DNA of 32,000 nucleotides from an uncultured archaeon. GTDB lineage: Archaea; Asgardarchaeota; Lokiarchaeia; Sigyniarchaeales; Promethearchaeaceae. Below the pieces are notes generated by a model. The model was given only the letters and a program-made list of their open reading frames with translations. It was not told the DNA's origin and made no database searches. The stretch covers positions 14,243 through 46,242 of the forward strand of contig CAYRPF010000003.1 in the NCBI GenBank assembly GCA_964426185.1, given 5' to 3'. The position numbers and the translations under genes were made by a program. Of this stretch, positions 1 through 9,470 are shown one piece after another (position 1 is the stretch's first letter; every line of letters begins with the position of its first letter).

Positions 1-18
1 ATAAAATATACAATACCT

Positions 19-903
19 ATGCAAAAAACCCATAAATCTCCCAATTTTAAAGATACCTTATGGAAATTAATTGAAAAAGAAGCACATATTATTAAAACTC
101 AAAAATTTCGATTACATGAAATTCTTCTTCTACAATGGAAATCTTATGACTTTGAATTTCCAGAAATTAATGATTTTTTTCCTAAAAAGGCTCTATTTTA
201 TACTAATCTATCTGCAAGAGTCCAAATTCTACAAGAATTATCCAATATTTTTTCCCAAGTTATACAAGTTATTTTACGAATTACAGAAATTCTATTGGTA
301 TTTTATCCTGACTCTGAAGATTTTCATCATACTTTCCCTTTTGAAAACAACAGAATAATTGCGTATAAAATGACTGAAGATTTGATTGGAAGCGTTTTAC
401 CAATTCTAAATTACCTTCAAAATCCGATTCAATTGGATATGTTGATTGTTGGAATTTTTAAGTCTACTTTAAAACTTACAGGTATGACACCTTTGGAAAT
501 TCAAACCGGATTAACCACCTACAATTTGCATTATTCATCTGAAAAGATAATTGAAATAATGAATAATATTAAAGAGAATTCAATTTGGATTCAATTTGAA
601 AAATGCAAATCTCCAGAAAATTCAACCATTTGGAAAATTGCGGCTGAAAAACCAATTCCGAATGAATTTTCCAAGCGATACACCAAGCAAATCTTACCGT
701 TAATTAATTGGGTGGTTAGCACTTGGCGTAGTCTATTTAATATTCGAGAACTTTATGTACCCATCTCTGATGAATATCCTCAAGCTGATGGCCTTCGAAA
801 AGCGATTGCCGCTGCAACACAACAAGGTTTTACTGCTGCATCAAATGTAATTCAAAATTTAGTTAATTATTATCAATTTCTATTGGATCATGCTAAAAAA
901 TAA
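19..903 (+). CDS. Hypothetical protein (294 aa), possibly with a winged-helix segment in the C-terminal half
   Basis: Long ATG-TAA ORF in an AT-rich genome. No family recognised. The segment LDMLIVGIFK...GMTPLEIQTGL...SEKIIEIMNNI has wHTH-like spacing (weak). Confidence 0.8.
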   Translation: MQKTHKSPNFKDTLWKLIEKEAHIIKTQKFRLHEILLLQWKSYDFEFPEINDFFPKKALFYTNLSARVQILQELSNIFSQVIQVILRITEILLVFYPDSEDFHHTFPFENNRIIAYKMTEDLIGSVLPILNYLQNPIQLDMLIVGIFKSTLKLTGMTPLEIQTGLTTYNLHYSSEKIIEIMNNIKENSIWIQFEKCKSPENSTIWKIAAEKPIPNEFSKRYTKQILPLINWVVSTWRSLFNIRELYVPISDEYPQADGLRKAIAAATQQGFTAASNVIQNLVNYYQFLLDHAKK

Positions 904-905
904 CA

Positions 906-995
906 TTATATCGCTTCTACTATGTACTCTGGATGGTTTTCAGCCCATTTAACCAAATCTTGTTCTATTTTTTCCAATTCTTCCTTGTTAATCAT
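906..995 (-). CDS. Small protein, 29 aa (MINKEELEKIEQDLVKWAENHPEYIVEAI), not in the ORF track
   Basis: ATG at 995-993 and TAA at 908-906. SD-like GTGAT lies just upstream (its GTG at 1004 is an alternative in-frame start). TATA-like TTTAAATA at 1049-1042 on the minus strand. The stop sits 2 nt from the convergent stop of 19..903. The sequence is amphipathic and helical. Confidence 0.7.
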   Translation of the reverse strand: MINKEELEKIEQDLVKWAENHPEYIVEAI

Positions 996-1173
996 TGTTA
1001 TCACATACTATTTTTCTTCAAACCGACACAAATTTGAAAAATATTTAAAGATTTTGGCACCCATTTCTGTTATTCATGAAAAAGTGAAATATTTTCGATT
1101 TTATTTCTTAAAAATTTATGGAAATGTTTGGGTTTAAGATGGGAGATCGCCAACTTTTTATCTTGGGAGAAAA

Positions 1174-1200
1174 TTATATAACTACCTAACCTACTAGGTT
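1174..1200 (+). promoter_or_regulatory. glnA promoter: TATA box plus 13-bp palindrome
   Basis: TTATATAA at 1174-1181 followed by AACCTACTAGGTT (1188-1200), which overlaps the start region. TGGGAGA direct repeats at 1140 and 1164. Confidence 0.45.
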
Positions 1201-2503
1201 GATGCTGATGGAAAATTTTAATGTAGAATATTTCAAAGAGAATGGAATCCAATTTATTCAGTTTCAATTTACCACGATTAGTGGTGAATTAAAGGAAGTG
1301 GAATTTCCCATCGAGAATTGGGAATCCATGAAAGATGGGACTGGAGTTGATGGAAGTTCATTAGGATTTTTAAGCACTGAGCAATCAGACATGCGTGCTA
1401 TTCCTGATTACGAGACCTTTTCAATTCTTCCTTGGGACTCAAGAGTCGGACGTTTTATTTGTAATTTATATAATAATAATAATCAACCCTATCCAACTGA
1501 TCCACGTTCAATATTAATAAAAGTCTTGAAAGAAGCAGAAAAGAAGGGCTACTATTTTAAAGTACGCCCAGAATTAGAATGGTACTTTCTTGATGACGAT
1601 TTGGAACCAGCTGATGAGGGTTCATATATGTGTACGGTGCCTGAGGATGAATTGCATTTAGTTCGGCGTGAAATTGCCAGTAGTATGATTACCATGTTTA
1701 CTCACGGCACACCTCACACCATCCATCATGAAGTTGGACCTGCACAACAAGAAATCGAACTAGCAAAAGAATATGCCCTTTATCAAGCTGATAATGTGCA
1801 AACTGCAAAAGTTATTACCAAACAAGTTGCTCTGGAACATGATCTGGTTAGCACCTTTATGCCTAAACCATTTCAAGAAGAAGCTGGAAGCGGATTGCAC
1901 ATACATATATACATGGAAGATAAAGAAGGAAACAATCTTTTTGCCAAAGAAGATGGTATTTCTGATGAATTGAAGTATTTCATTGGAGGAATCATCCATC
2001 ATGCAGATTCTCTTTCTGCGCTATTAAATCCGTCCACAAATTCCTATAAACGCTTGGTTCCTAATCATGAAGCTCCAGTATATAAATCATGGGGAATCGG
2101 AAATCGAACTGCTTTAATTCGGGTTCCTGGGTATGAAAATAAAGCCCACTTAGAATATCGTGCAGGGGATGCTTCTATGAACATATATCTTGGAATGGCG
2201 GCATTATTCGCTGCTGGTTTAGATGGAATTGAGAAAAAAATCAAACCAAATGAACCTACTCTGGCCAATGTCGATCACATGAGCCTGGCTGAACGAGATA
2301 AACTGGGAATTACCCGATTACCTGTTGATTTCAATGCTGCTGTTGAAGCGTTTCGTGTATCGTCCTTTATGAAAACTCTGTGCGGAGAATCTTTATTCAA
2401 TATTTTATTAGAAAAATATAATCTTATATTGGAATCTCATCGTGTCGCACAACGTGGCGATTATGAACATGAATGGGAATTAGAGCAATTTCTGAATTGT
2501 TAA
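1199..2503 (+). CDS. glnA: Glutamine synthetase type I family protein (start may be ATG 1202 or 1208)
   Basis: Motifs VDGSS..F...EQSDM, PELEW, HHEVGPAQQEI, TFMPKP...GSGLH, NSYKRLVP.HEAP, NRTALIR, LEYR. Confidence 0.9.
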   Translation: MMLMENFNVEYFKENGIQFIQFQFTTISGELKEVEFPIENWESMKDGTGVDGSSLGFLSTEQSDMRAIPDYETFSILPWDSRVGRFICNLYNNNNQPYPTDPRSILIKVLKEAEKKGYYFKVRPELEWYFLDDDLEPADEGSYMCTVPEDELHLVRREIASSMITMFTHGTPHTIHHEVGPAQQEIELAKEYALYQADNVQTAKVITKQVALEHDLVSTFMPKPFQEEAGSGLHIHIYMEDKEGNNLFAKEDGISDELKYFIGGIIHHADSLSALLNPSTNSYKRLVPNHEAPVYKSWGIGNRTALIRVPGYENKAHLEYRAGDASMNIYLGMAALFAAGLDGIEKKIKPNEPTLANVDHMSLAERDKLGITRLPVDFNAAVEAFRVSSFMKTLCGESLFNILLEKYNLILESHRVAQRGDYEHEWELEQFLNC

Positions 2504-2613
2504 AAAAATTTTAATTCTAACTTTTTTTCCATAAAATCTAAGCATATTTCGGTTCTATTTGCATCTAATCATCAATTTTTCCAGTAATTATTTGTAAAGG
2601 ATTTTTTTTAATT

Positions 2614-2755
2614 TGAAATATCTCATATTCTTAAGAAATGGACTATGAAATATTTCAAAACGAATAATATTATATATGATCTGAGTTTTTAAATCTTATA
2701 TTTCTTGACTGATATACAGTGATTATGTGGTAAATGTGTGGCTGAAACACTTTCA
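2614..2755. promoter_or_regulatory. Repeated TGAAA-N2/3-TTTCA palindromes around the promoter of the PadR-type gene
   Basis: TGAAATATCTCA (2614-2625), perfect palindrome TGAAATATTTCA (2646-2657) and TGAAACACTTTCA (2743-2755). TATA-like stretch at about 2668-2677. Confidence 0.45.
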
Positions 2756-3266
2756 AATTAAGAATATGATGGAAATCTTTCATCATTTAAGATTATTGCT
2801 AATATTCAACTGTATTGCTAAGCATCCAGAGGGGATTACTTTTTATCAAATTCAGCAAATAAATCACATTCCACACTCTAAAGTATATCGAGTAATGAAT
2901 CATTTAACCGAGCAAGGATATTTGCATAGAAAGGAAGTGAAGAACGAGTTAGGGCGCCCAAAATATTTGTTTTTTCTAACCCCTGAAGGAGAATTAAAAC
3001 AAAATCAATTGCGAGCAGATTTAAATAAAATCTTTACTTTCATTCAAGTTAGATTTCCACGCGCCAAGGAGATCGATTTCAATTCTTTTTTACAAGATGC
3101 TTCCTTAGAGATGTGGCAAGATCCGATATCAGAAATACTAAAATCAGAGATTTCCAAAGAAAAAAAGCGTCAAATTCTACAAAACATGTATGAAGATACA
3201 CAAGACCGTCTCAAACTGATATCGAAAGCCATAGCCAAATTAGAAGCAGATAATACTGCAAAATAA
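2727..3266 (+). CDS. PadR/MarR-type winged-helix transcriptional regulator (start may be ATG 2766/2769)
   Basis: GITFYQIQ...SKVYRVMNHLTEQGYL...GRPKYLFFLTPEG is a typical wHTH with wing. First gene of an operon with an ABC exporter. Confidence 0.8.
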   Translation: MVNVWLKHFQIKNMMEIFHHLRLLLIFNCIAKHPEGITFYQIQQINHIPHSKVYRVMNHLTEQGYLHRKEVKNELGRPKYLFFLTPEGELKQNQLRADLNKIFTFIQVRFPRAKEIDFNSFLQDASLEMWQDPISEILKSEISKEKKRQILQNMYEDTQDRLKLISKAIAKLEADNTAK

Positions 3267-3298
3267 ATAACTAATAAAACTAATCGGAGAACGAAAAG

Positions 3299-5155
3299 AT
3301 GATTAAGCAAATAGATAAATCCAACAATTTACCTTCAAAAATTTCCACTATAAGCAGCATTAGGATGATATTTTCTTATGCACTATTGAAAAAGAAGGAA
3401 TTCATTCTCATGCTCCTTTTTATGGGGCTTGGAATTACTTTTATGATGATATCACCCCAAATATCACGTCGAGTGATCAATATCTTAGAAAATAACGATA
3501 GTAATACTTCGGTCAATGACATCTTATTACCCATCGGTTTGGGTGTTTTAATCTCTTTAGTAGGTGCCATTGTTTTAGGTATTGGAAGATATTTTTCCGC
3601 CATAGTGGGGACTGAAGCCCAGTATAACATAAGGAAAAGCGTATACAATGCTATCAATCGTCAAACATTTTCCTTTTTTAATAAAGCAGAGACAGGAGAT
3701 TTGGTAGCTAGGGCTACCTCGGATATCGAAATGACCACACCTGTATTCAACCAAGGGATCACATTAGGATTTCAGTCTATAATCATGATGATTGGTGTGG
3801 TTGTGGGAATTTCAATCACCTTTCCTTCGATTTCGTGGATTATCTTGTTAGCAGTGGGATTATTCCTTTTGGCAATTTCTTTCTGTGCCAAACGAATGCA
3901 GATTGCCTATGTAAAATCGCGTAAAACTTTTGGGAATCTCACCACAGTTTTTCGAGAAAATATTATTGGGGCTCAAGTAGTGCGCATTTTCAATAGTCAA
4001 GAAAAAGAAATCAAAAAATTCCGAAAAGAAAATGCTGATTTCAAGGATTATACCATCGAAGCCATTAAATGGTCTACTATTTTACGATATTCTGGATGGA
4101 TCATGTTGGCAGTTATGTCGAGTTTTGTTTTGATAATTGGTGGTTGGCAAGCTTATGTTGCTTATCAAAATCAAGACCTTTCTTTTGATTTGGGGAGATT
4201 TATCGCAATGTTGATGTATATTTCCATGTTAGGAATGCCCATTAATCAAGTTAATAATGTGGTAATGAATTTTGTCCAAGCTAATGCAGCGATGATACGC
4301 GTTAAAGAAGTTCTTGATGCAATGCCTGAAATTATGGAAGATACCAATGCAATTTCTGCTGAAAATATCCGTGGAGATGTTGAATTCCGCAACGTCAATT
4401 TTGGTTATACGTCGACTTTGGTTCTAAAGAACATAAATCTAAAAGTTGAGGCAGGAACAACCATTGCGCTTTTAGGGACAACTGGTTCTGGTAAATCAAC
4501 TTTAATCTCATTACTCCCTCGTTTTTATGATGTAGTGAATGGAGAACTGTTAATTGATGGAGTAAATATCAAAAAATATAAAATTGAAGAACTCCGTAAA
4601 CAGATAGCTGTGTGTTCACAGAATATCTTTCTATTTAATATTTCCATTGCAGATAATATCCGATACGGCCGTCCGGATGCATCCATGAACGAAGTTATTC
4701 AAGCGGCTAAAGATGCTAATATTCATGAATTTATCGAGAGTTTACCCGACAAATACGATACTTTAGTGGGCGAACGAGGAATATCTCTTTCAGGTGGTCA
4801 AAAGCAACGTGTTGCTATTGCCAGAGCTTTGATAATCAAACCGAAAATTCTCATTTTGGACGATAGTACTTCTAGTGTAGATGTAACTACTGAATATCAA
4901 ATTCAAAAAGCTTTGGAAACGGTCATGCGGGGTAGAACCACTTTTATCATTACTCAACGGTTATCCACTATCCGCAATGCCGACCGAATAGTGGTTATGG
5001 ACCAGGGCAGAATAGTAGGCATGGGAAAACATGAAGAACTGTATGAGGAAAATGCCATCTATACTCAAATTTATCAAACTTTATTTACCAAACAGAAACC
5101 GTTAGAAACTGAACCCATTCCATCAGAAATTACACGAACAGTAGGAGGTCATTAA
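3299..5155 (+). CDS. Heterodimeric ABC exporter subunit (TMD+NBD) carrying the degenerate catalytic residues
   Basis: TM-rich N-terminal half. Walker A GTTGSGKS, signature LSGGQ, Walker B ILDD (E to D), switch ITQR (H to Q), as in TM287-type subunits. Confidence 0.93.
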   Translation: MIKQIDKSNNLPSKISTISSIRMIFSYALLKKKEFILMLLFMGLGITFMMISPQISRRVINILENNDSNTSVNDILLPIGLGVLISLVGAIVLGIGRYFSAIVGTEAQYNIRKSVYNAINRQTFSFFNKAETGDLVARATSDIEMTTPVFNQGITLGFQSIIMMIGVVVGISITFPSISWIILLAVGLFLLAISFCAKRMQIAYVKSRKTFGNLTTVFRENIIGAQVVRIFNSQEKEIKKFRKENADFKDYTIEAIKWSTILRYSGWIMLAVMSSFVLIIGGWQAYVAYQNQDLSFDLGRFIAMLMYISMLGMPINQVNNVVMNFVQANAAMIRVKEVLDAMPEIMEDTNAISAENIRGDVEFRNVNFGYTSTLVLKNINLKVEAGTTIALLGTTGSGKSTLISLLPRFYDVVNGELLIDGVNIKKYKIEELRKQIAVCSQNIFLFNISIADNIRYGRPDASMNEVIQAAKDANIHEFIESLPDKYDTLVGERGISLSGGQKQRVAIARALIIKPKILILDDSTSSVDVTTEYQIQKALETVMRGRTTFIITQRLSTIRNADRIVVMDQGRIVGMGKHEELYEENAIYTQIYQTLFTKQKPLETEPIPSEITRTVGGH

Positions 5156-5156
5156 A

Positions 5157-7466
5157 TTGGCGCATCGAAGAAGAATGATTTTAGAAAAAACCAGTCGTTA
5201 TGTAGACGATAAAACCTTATGGAAATGGATGTTGTCATATTTAAGGGCAAATTTCGGTGCATTCGTAATTATCATCTTTGGAATGTTTATTTTTACTGGA
5301 ATGCAGGCTATTCTTCCAATGCTACAACAGAGGTTGATTGATGATGGAATTTTAAAAAGTAATGAAACAGTAGTAATTTCAATTTTAGTGATATATACCA
5401 GCTTTCGGATACTTTCAAGCATAGGAAATGGATTTTCGGAGTATATTCTGGCTAAAATTGGAACTAATGTGGTTTATCGAGTTAGACAAGATTTATTTAT
5501 TAACCTGCAAAAAACTTCCATGGATTATTTTGATAAGGTGCACAGTGGAGATATAATAAGTACGGTTACCAACGATGTCGATCAATTAAATATGGTATTT
5601 GGCGGTCAATTGGCAACATTGTTAACAGATATGTTTCGAGGTATAATGGTGTTAATTTTAATGTTCATTATGAACTGGGAATTAACGATCGTAGCATTAC
5701 TATTAGTTCCCTTGTTATTTTTACTATCGCGCATCTTTATCAAAAATGTACGCAGTATGTTCAAAACCACTCGGAAAAAACTTTCTCAAGTAACTAGTGT
5801 CGCAGAACAAAATATTTCGGGAATGAAGGTAATTCAATCCTACGGTAAACAACGAGAGGCTGCCGAGGAATTTGATAAGGCTAATCGGGCGAATCAAGAA
5901 GCATTTCTGCGGGTACGTAGGATAATGTCGTTTCTTTTTCCCCTATTTTTCTTCGTATCGAGTATCATGGTTGCTATTGTAATGCTATACAGTGGAAGCG
6001 CTTACTTGAAGGGGATTGGATTTTTAGGTTCTACAATTACTTTAGGTATGGTGTCATCATTTTCGAATTATTTGAATCAATTGATGATGCCAATCATGAT
6101 GATTGCGTTTTTTACCCAACAGATGCAATCTACCCTTGCAGCAGCGGAACGTGTATATTTATTGCTACATGAAGAAAACGAAATTTCAGATCCCCTCAAT
6201 CCGGTTGAGCTATCTGAAATTAAAGGGAAAATCGCTTTTAATGAGGTAACATTTGCATATAGTAAACGAAAAGCTAAAAAACCCATCAAAGTAATTGATC
6301 CAATGGCTTCCTCCCGAAAGAAGAACAAAATGCGAAATAAAAATGGCAAAAACCAGAAAAAGAAAGCTTTAACCCAAAAAATTTCAAATGGAGACCTTAA
6401 TTCAAAACCCCCTTCTATTACAGCTCCCCCCACCCAAAAGTTTCCATCCATTTATGAACAGTTTTTAGCAAATCCTGATCTCTACTTAAAACTGGCACGC
6501 CAACTTGATTCTCAGCTAAAAGGAGAAAATTTCGCTCCCAAGCTTTCATCGGGTGGAGATGGAGGGGGAAACATGAATACGGGAAATTCAGCGATGAACG
6601 GGGAAAATTCAGGCCAAATGTCGCTCGATAATATCCCACGGACAAAAATTCTTGAAATTTTGGGATCTCCACGCGTTCCACCCGAAATTTTCGAGCAGTT
6701 TTCTCCCACTGTTCAAGCTTTGATTCAAGAAGATCGTTTGATCCAAGAATATAAGGCACATACTGGGAATGTAATTGAAAATTTTTCTCTAAAAATTGAT
6801 GCAGGTAAGACAGTGGCCATAGTAGGACCCACTGGAGCGGGAAAAAGCACATTAATTAAGTTAATTACCCGGTTTTACGATTTAAAGGAAAATCACGGTG
6901 AAATTTCCTTAGAAGGGATAAATATCAAAAATTTAAGGAAAGCAGATTTACGTCAAAGCATTGGAATGGTTCCTCAAGATAGTTTTCTTTTCAACGGTAC
7001 TATTTTAGATAATCTTTATTACGGAGTTCCAGATGATGTACCTCACGTGGTTGATGAAAAAGTATTGTCAATTACCCAATTTTTAGGTTTGGATAATTTT
7101 ATCCGTGAAATGCCAGAAAAATATGATACCCAATTAATTGAGAATGCAAGTAATCTTTCTGTAGGGCAGCGCCAATTAATTGCATTCGCACGAGTATTGA
7201 TGGTTAATCCCGAGATCTTAATTCTTGATGAAGCTACCAGTTCTGTCGACCCTTACACAGAAACCTTAATCCAAGAGGCTTTGGAAAAGGCGAAACAAGG
7301 ACGCACAACCATTATAATTGCCCATAGATTATCGACTATTAAGAATGCGGATGAAATATTTGTTATAGACAAAGGAAAGCTGGTGGAGCATGGAAATCAC
7401 CAAACTCTGATGCAAAAACAAGGTCATTATGCAAAATTAGTCGAAATGCAAGCTAAAGGGCTTTAA
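5157..7466 (+). CDS. Heterodimeric ABC exporter subunit (TMD+NBD) with a 170-aa insertion in the NBD
   Basis: TTG start with SD GGAGGT at about 5144. Walker A GPTGAGKS, signature LSVGQ, Walker B ILDE, switch IAHR (TM288-type). Confidence 0.93.
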   Translation: MAHRRRMILEKTSRYVDDKTLWKWMLSYLRANFGAFVIIIFGMFIFTGMQAILPMLQQRLIDDGILKSNETVVISILVIYTSFRILSSIGNGFSEYILAKIGTNVVYRVRQDLFINLQKTSMDYFDKVHSGDIISTVTNDVDQLNMVFGGQLATLLTDMFRGIMVLILMFIMNWELTIVALLLVPLLFLLSRIFIKNVRSMFKTTRKKLSQVTSVAEQNISGMKVIQSYGKQREAAEEFDKANRANQEAFLRVRRIMSFLFPLFFFVSSIMVAIVMLYSGSAYLKGIGFLGSTITLGMVSSFSNYLNQLMMPIMMIAFFTQQMQSTLAAAERVYLLLHEENEISDPLNPVELSEIKGKIAFNEVTFAYSKRKAKKPIKVIDPMASSRKKNKMRNKNGKNQKKKALTQKISNGDLNSKPPSITAPPTQKFPSIYEQFLANPDLYLKLARQLDSQLKGENFAPKLSSGGDGGGNMNTGNSAMNGENSGQMSLDNIPRTKILEILGSPRVPPEIFEQFSPTVQALIQEDRLIQEYKAHTGNVIENFSLKIDAGKTVAIVGPTGAGKSTLIKLITRFYDLKENHGEISLEGINIKNLRKADLRQSIGMVPQDSFLFNGTILDNLYYGVPDDVPHVVDEKVLSITQFLGLDNFIREMPEKYDTQLIENASNLSVGQRQLIAFARVLMVNPEILILDEATSSVDPYTETLIQEALEKAKQGRTTIIIAHRLSTIKNADEIFVIDKGKLVEHGNHQTLMQKQGHYAKLVEMQAKGL

Positions 7467-7555
7467 TTTTTCTTTTTTTTATAATTTTATTGAAATTTAG
7501 GCATTTACCAAATATTAGAATCAAACTTATTAAAAAAGAATAAAACATTAAAAAA

Positions 7556-8647
7556 TCAAAATAATAGGTCAATCGGTTGGGAGATTGCCTTATACAATAC
7601 TTTAACCACCATTTCAACATCTTCAACATAATTCTGGGCGAGTGGTGAATGTATATAGCGACAAGGCACGGATACGCAAGCAGCTGGAATTCCTTTATTT
7701 AATGTGTGAAAAGCACCAGCATTGGTACCACCAAAAGTGGGAAGTTTGTATTGAAACGGAATTTGCAAATCTTGGGCCGTTTGTTGAAGATATTTCAACA
7801 GTTTGGCATGATATATCGTTCCGTGATCTGCTGCAGAAAATGCGGGCCCATGCAGGCACTTGGTTGGGCATTTATCTGCAGAAACCCCTGGCACATCTGC
7901 AGCTATAGTATTTTCAATAGCAATTCCAATATCAGGATTTAGACTGTGTGCGGCAACTTTTGCCCCTCTTGCTCCAACCTCTTCTGCAATGGTGAATGCA
8001 AAACAAATAGTATTTTCAATTGGTTCCGCTTCACTAAGTAGTTTGGCAACTTGAAGTAATACATTACAGCCTGTCCTATCATCAAATGCTCGACCGCGCA
8101 TAATTCCCAAATTCGGCAGATATTCGAAATCTGCAGCCAAAACGCCGGCAGATCCTATATCAATACCCATTTTCTGAACTTCTTCGTGTGATTGAGCGCC
8201 GATATCAATAAATAGATCCATAAAATTCGGACTTTTTTCTCGCTCTGCTTGTGAGGTGATATGGGGTGGTGGCATTCCGATAATTCCTGTTATTTTTTCA
8301 CCTTTTTCGTTCAGTATTTCTACTTTACTGCCTGGATACAATCGTGGATCAATACCTCCTAACGGAGAAAACCTTAAAAAACCTTGTTCATCAATGAACC
8401 GAATCATAAAGCCGACTTCATCCATGTGGGCATCAAGCATAATTCGTTGGCCTTTAGGATTTGAACCGGGTTTTTCTGCTAAAACATTTCCCAAGGGGTC
8501 AATCCAGACTTTTTCCACAAATTTCTTCATCTCGCTATAAATCAAATTTCTGACTGCTTCTTCCCGTCCAGAAACACCGATTGATGAAGTTAGACTGCGT
8601 TGCAACGCTACTATATTCTCATGTAAAATATTTTCGGAATCAAGCAT
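7556..8647 (-). CDS. M42 family (TET/FrvX-like) aminopeptidase
   Basis: GVSGREE, DAHMDEVG, PLGGID, FIDIGA, RAFDDRTG, EEVGARGA, GGTNAG, PCRYIHSP. Confidence 0.93.
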   Translation of the reverse strand: MLDSENILHENIVALQRSLTSSIGVSGREEAVRNLIYSEMKKFVEKVWIDPLGNVLAEKPGSNPKGQRIMLDAHMDEVGFMIRFIDEQGFLRFSPLGGIDPRLYPGSKVEILNEKGEKITGIIGMPPPHITSQAEREKSPNFMDLFIDIGAQSHEEVQKMGIDIGSAGVLAADFEYLPNLGIMRGRAFDDRTGCNVLLQVAKLLSEAEPIENTICFAFTIAEEVGARGAKVAAHSLNPDIGIAIENTIAADVPGVSADKCPTKCLHGPAFSAADHGTIYHAKLLKYLQQTAQDLQIPFQYKLPTFGGTNAGAFHTLNKGIPAACVSVPCRYIHSPLAQNYVEDVEMVVKVLYKAISQPIDLLF

Positions 8648-8671
8648 ATTTTGAATAGATGCGAGTTGGAG

Positions 8672-9445
8672 TTAAAGATTTGGATCTTCCAACAACCGGT
8701 TGAGTTCACCCAAATTTGGAATGTCTTGAGCGATTTGCCTTTCAATCCGTGATATCATCCGATTTCTTTTTGACCAGATAATTATTTGCTCGATCTCAAA
8801 TAATAAATAAACAAAACAAAGTAAAGCGCTTAAACGCAAGAGGATTTTGTAAATACGGAAGACTACCAGAAAATTCGGGGCATGTGGAAGCTGTATATAA
8901 TGTCTGTAGATGAAAAAGAAATATCCCAACAACAAAATAGTGATAAACATCAAGATACGAATGAATTTAATTTGGTTTATGATATGATATTGGGAGCGGG
9001 TTAATGAAGTGTGTGATATACGCTGGGACATCCTATTCCATTTAAATATAACAACAAATTGAATGATTGCTAATCCACTGATAAGTAAAAGTATAATGAA
9101 AATACCAATGAAGCGTAAAAGATGAACCCGTTCTAAGATAAAATTCATTCTTCGAGCAAGACGATAGATGACAAATTCGATAATTAGGGTTAGTAGGGTA
9201 AATATCGCTCCAATAACTTGAATAACTTCGGTCTTTTTAGTTACCTTTTGATATTGTAAAGATATTTGTTGGTATCCCGGATTTGCTGATGGAGCAGGAA
9301 AATAAGTATTTACATCTTGTTGATCTCCATAATCATCAGAACCTCTTGGATTTCGCTGTTCTCGAGAAAAATTTGGCGATTCCGGATTATTTGGCGATTC
9401 TGGATTATTTGGATTGTTTATCATATTTGGATCTGAATTATTCAT
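8672..9445 (-). CDS. Membrane protein with four predicted TM segments and an Asn/Pro-rich N-terminus
   Basis: Four hydrophobic stretches. SD-like GGAG upstream. Co-oriented between the HTH gene and the M42 peptidase. Confidence 0.8.
   Translation of the reverse strand: MNNSDPNMINNPNNPESPNNPESPNFSREQRNPRGSDDYGDQQDVNTYFPAPSANPGYQQISLQYQKVTKKTEVIQVIGAIFTLLTLIIEFVIYRLARRMNFILERVHLLRFIGIFIILLLISGLAIIQFVVIFKWNRMSQRISHTSLTRSQYHIINQIKFIRILMFITILLLGYFFFIYRHYIQLPHAPNFLVVFRIYKILLRLSALLCFVYLLFEIEQIIIWSKRNRMISRIERQIAQDIPNLGELNRLLEDPNL
9371..9415. repeat. In-frame 18-bp tandem repeat (two copies plus a partial copy) encoding NPESPN
   Basis: ATTTGGCGATTCCGGATT / ATTTGGCGATTCTGGATT / ATTTGGATT. Confidence 0.85.
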
Positions 9446-9470
9446 TATATCTGCTCCTTTATGGTTGATT

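Noticed and set aside
922-1137. 71-aa plus-strand ORF from the track (and 1070..1267 minus)
   Set aside because: Lies over the promoter region and antisense to the better-supported 29-aa ORF. Composition is typical of AT-rich non-coding DNA.
6261-6770. Intein in the ABC transporter
   Set aside because: It starts with Ser and ends with Asn, but there are no intein block motifs, no terminal His-Asn, and the +1 residue is Val rather than Cys/Ser/Thr.
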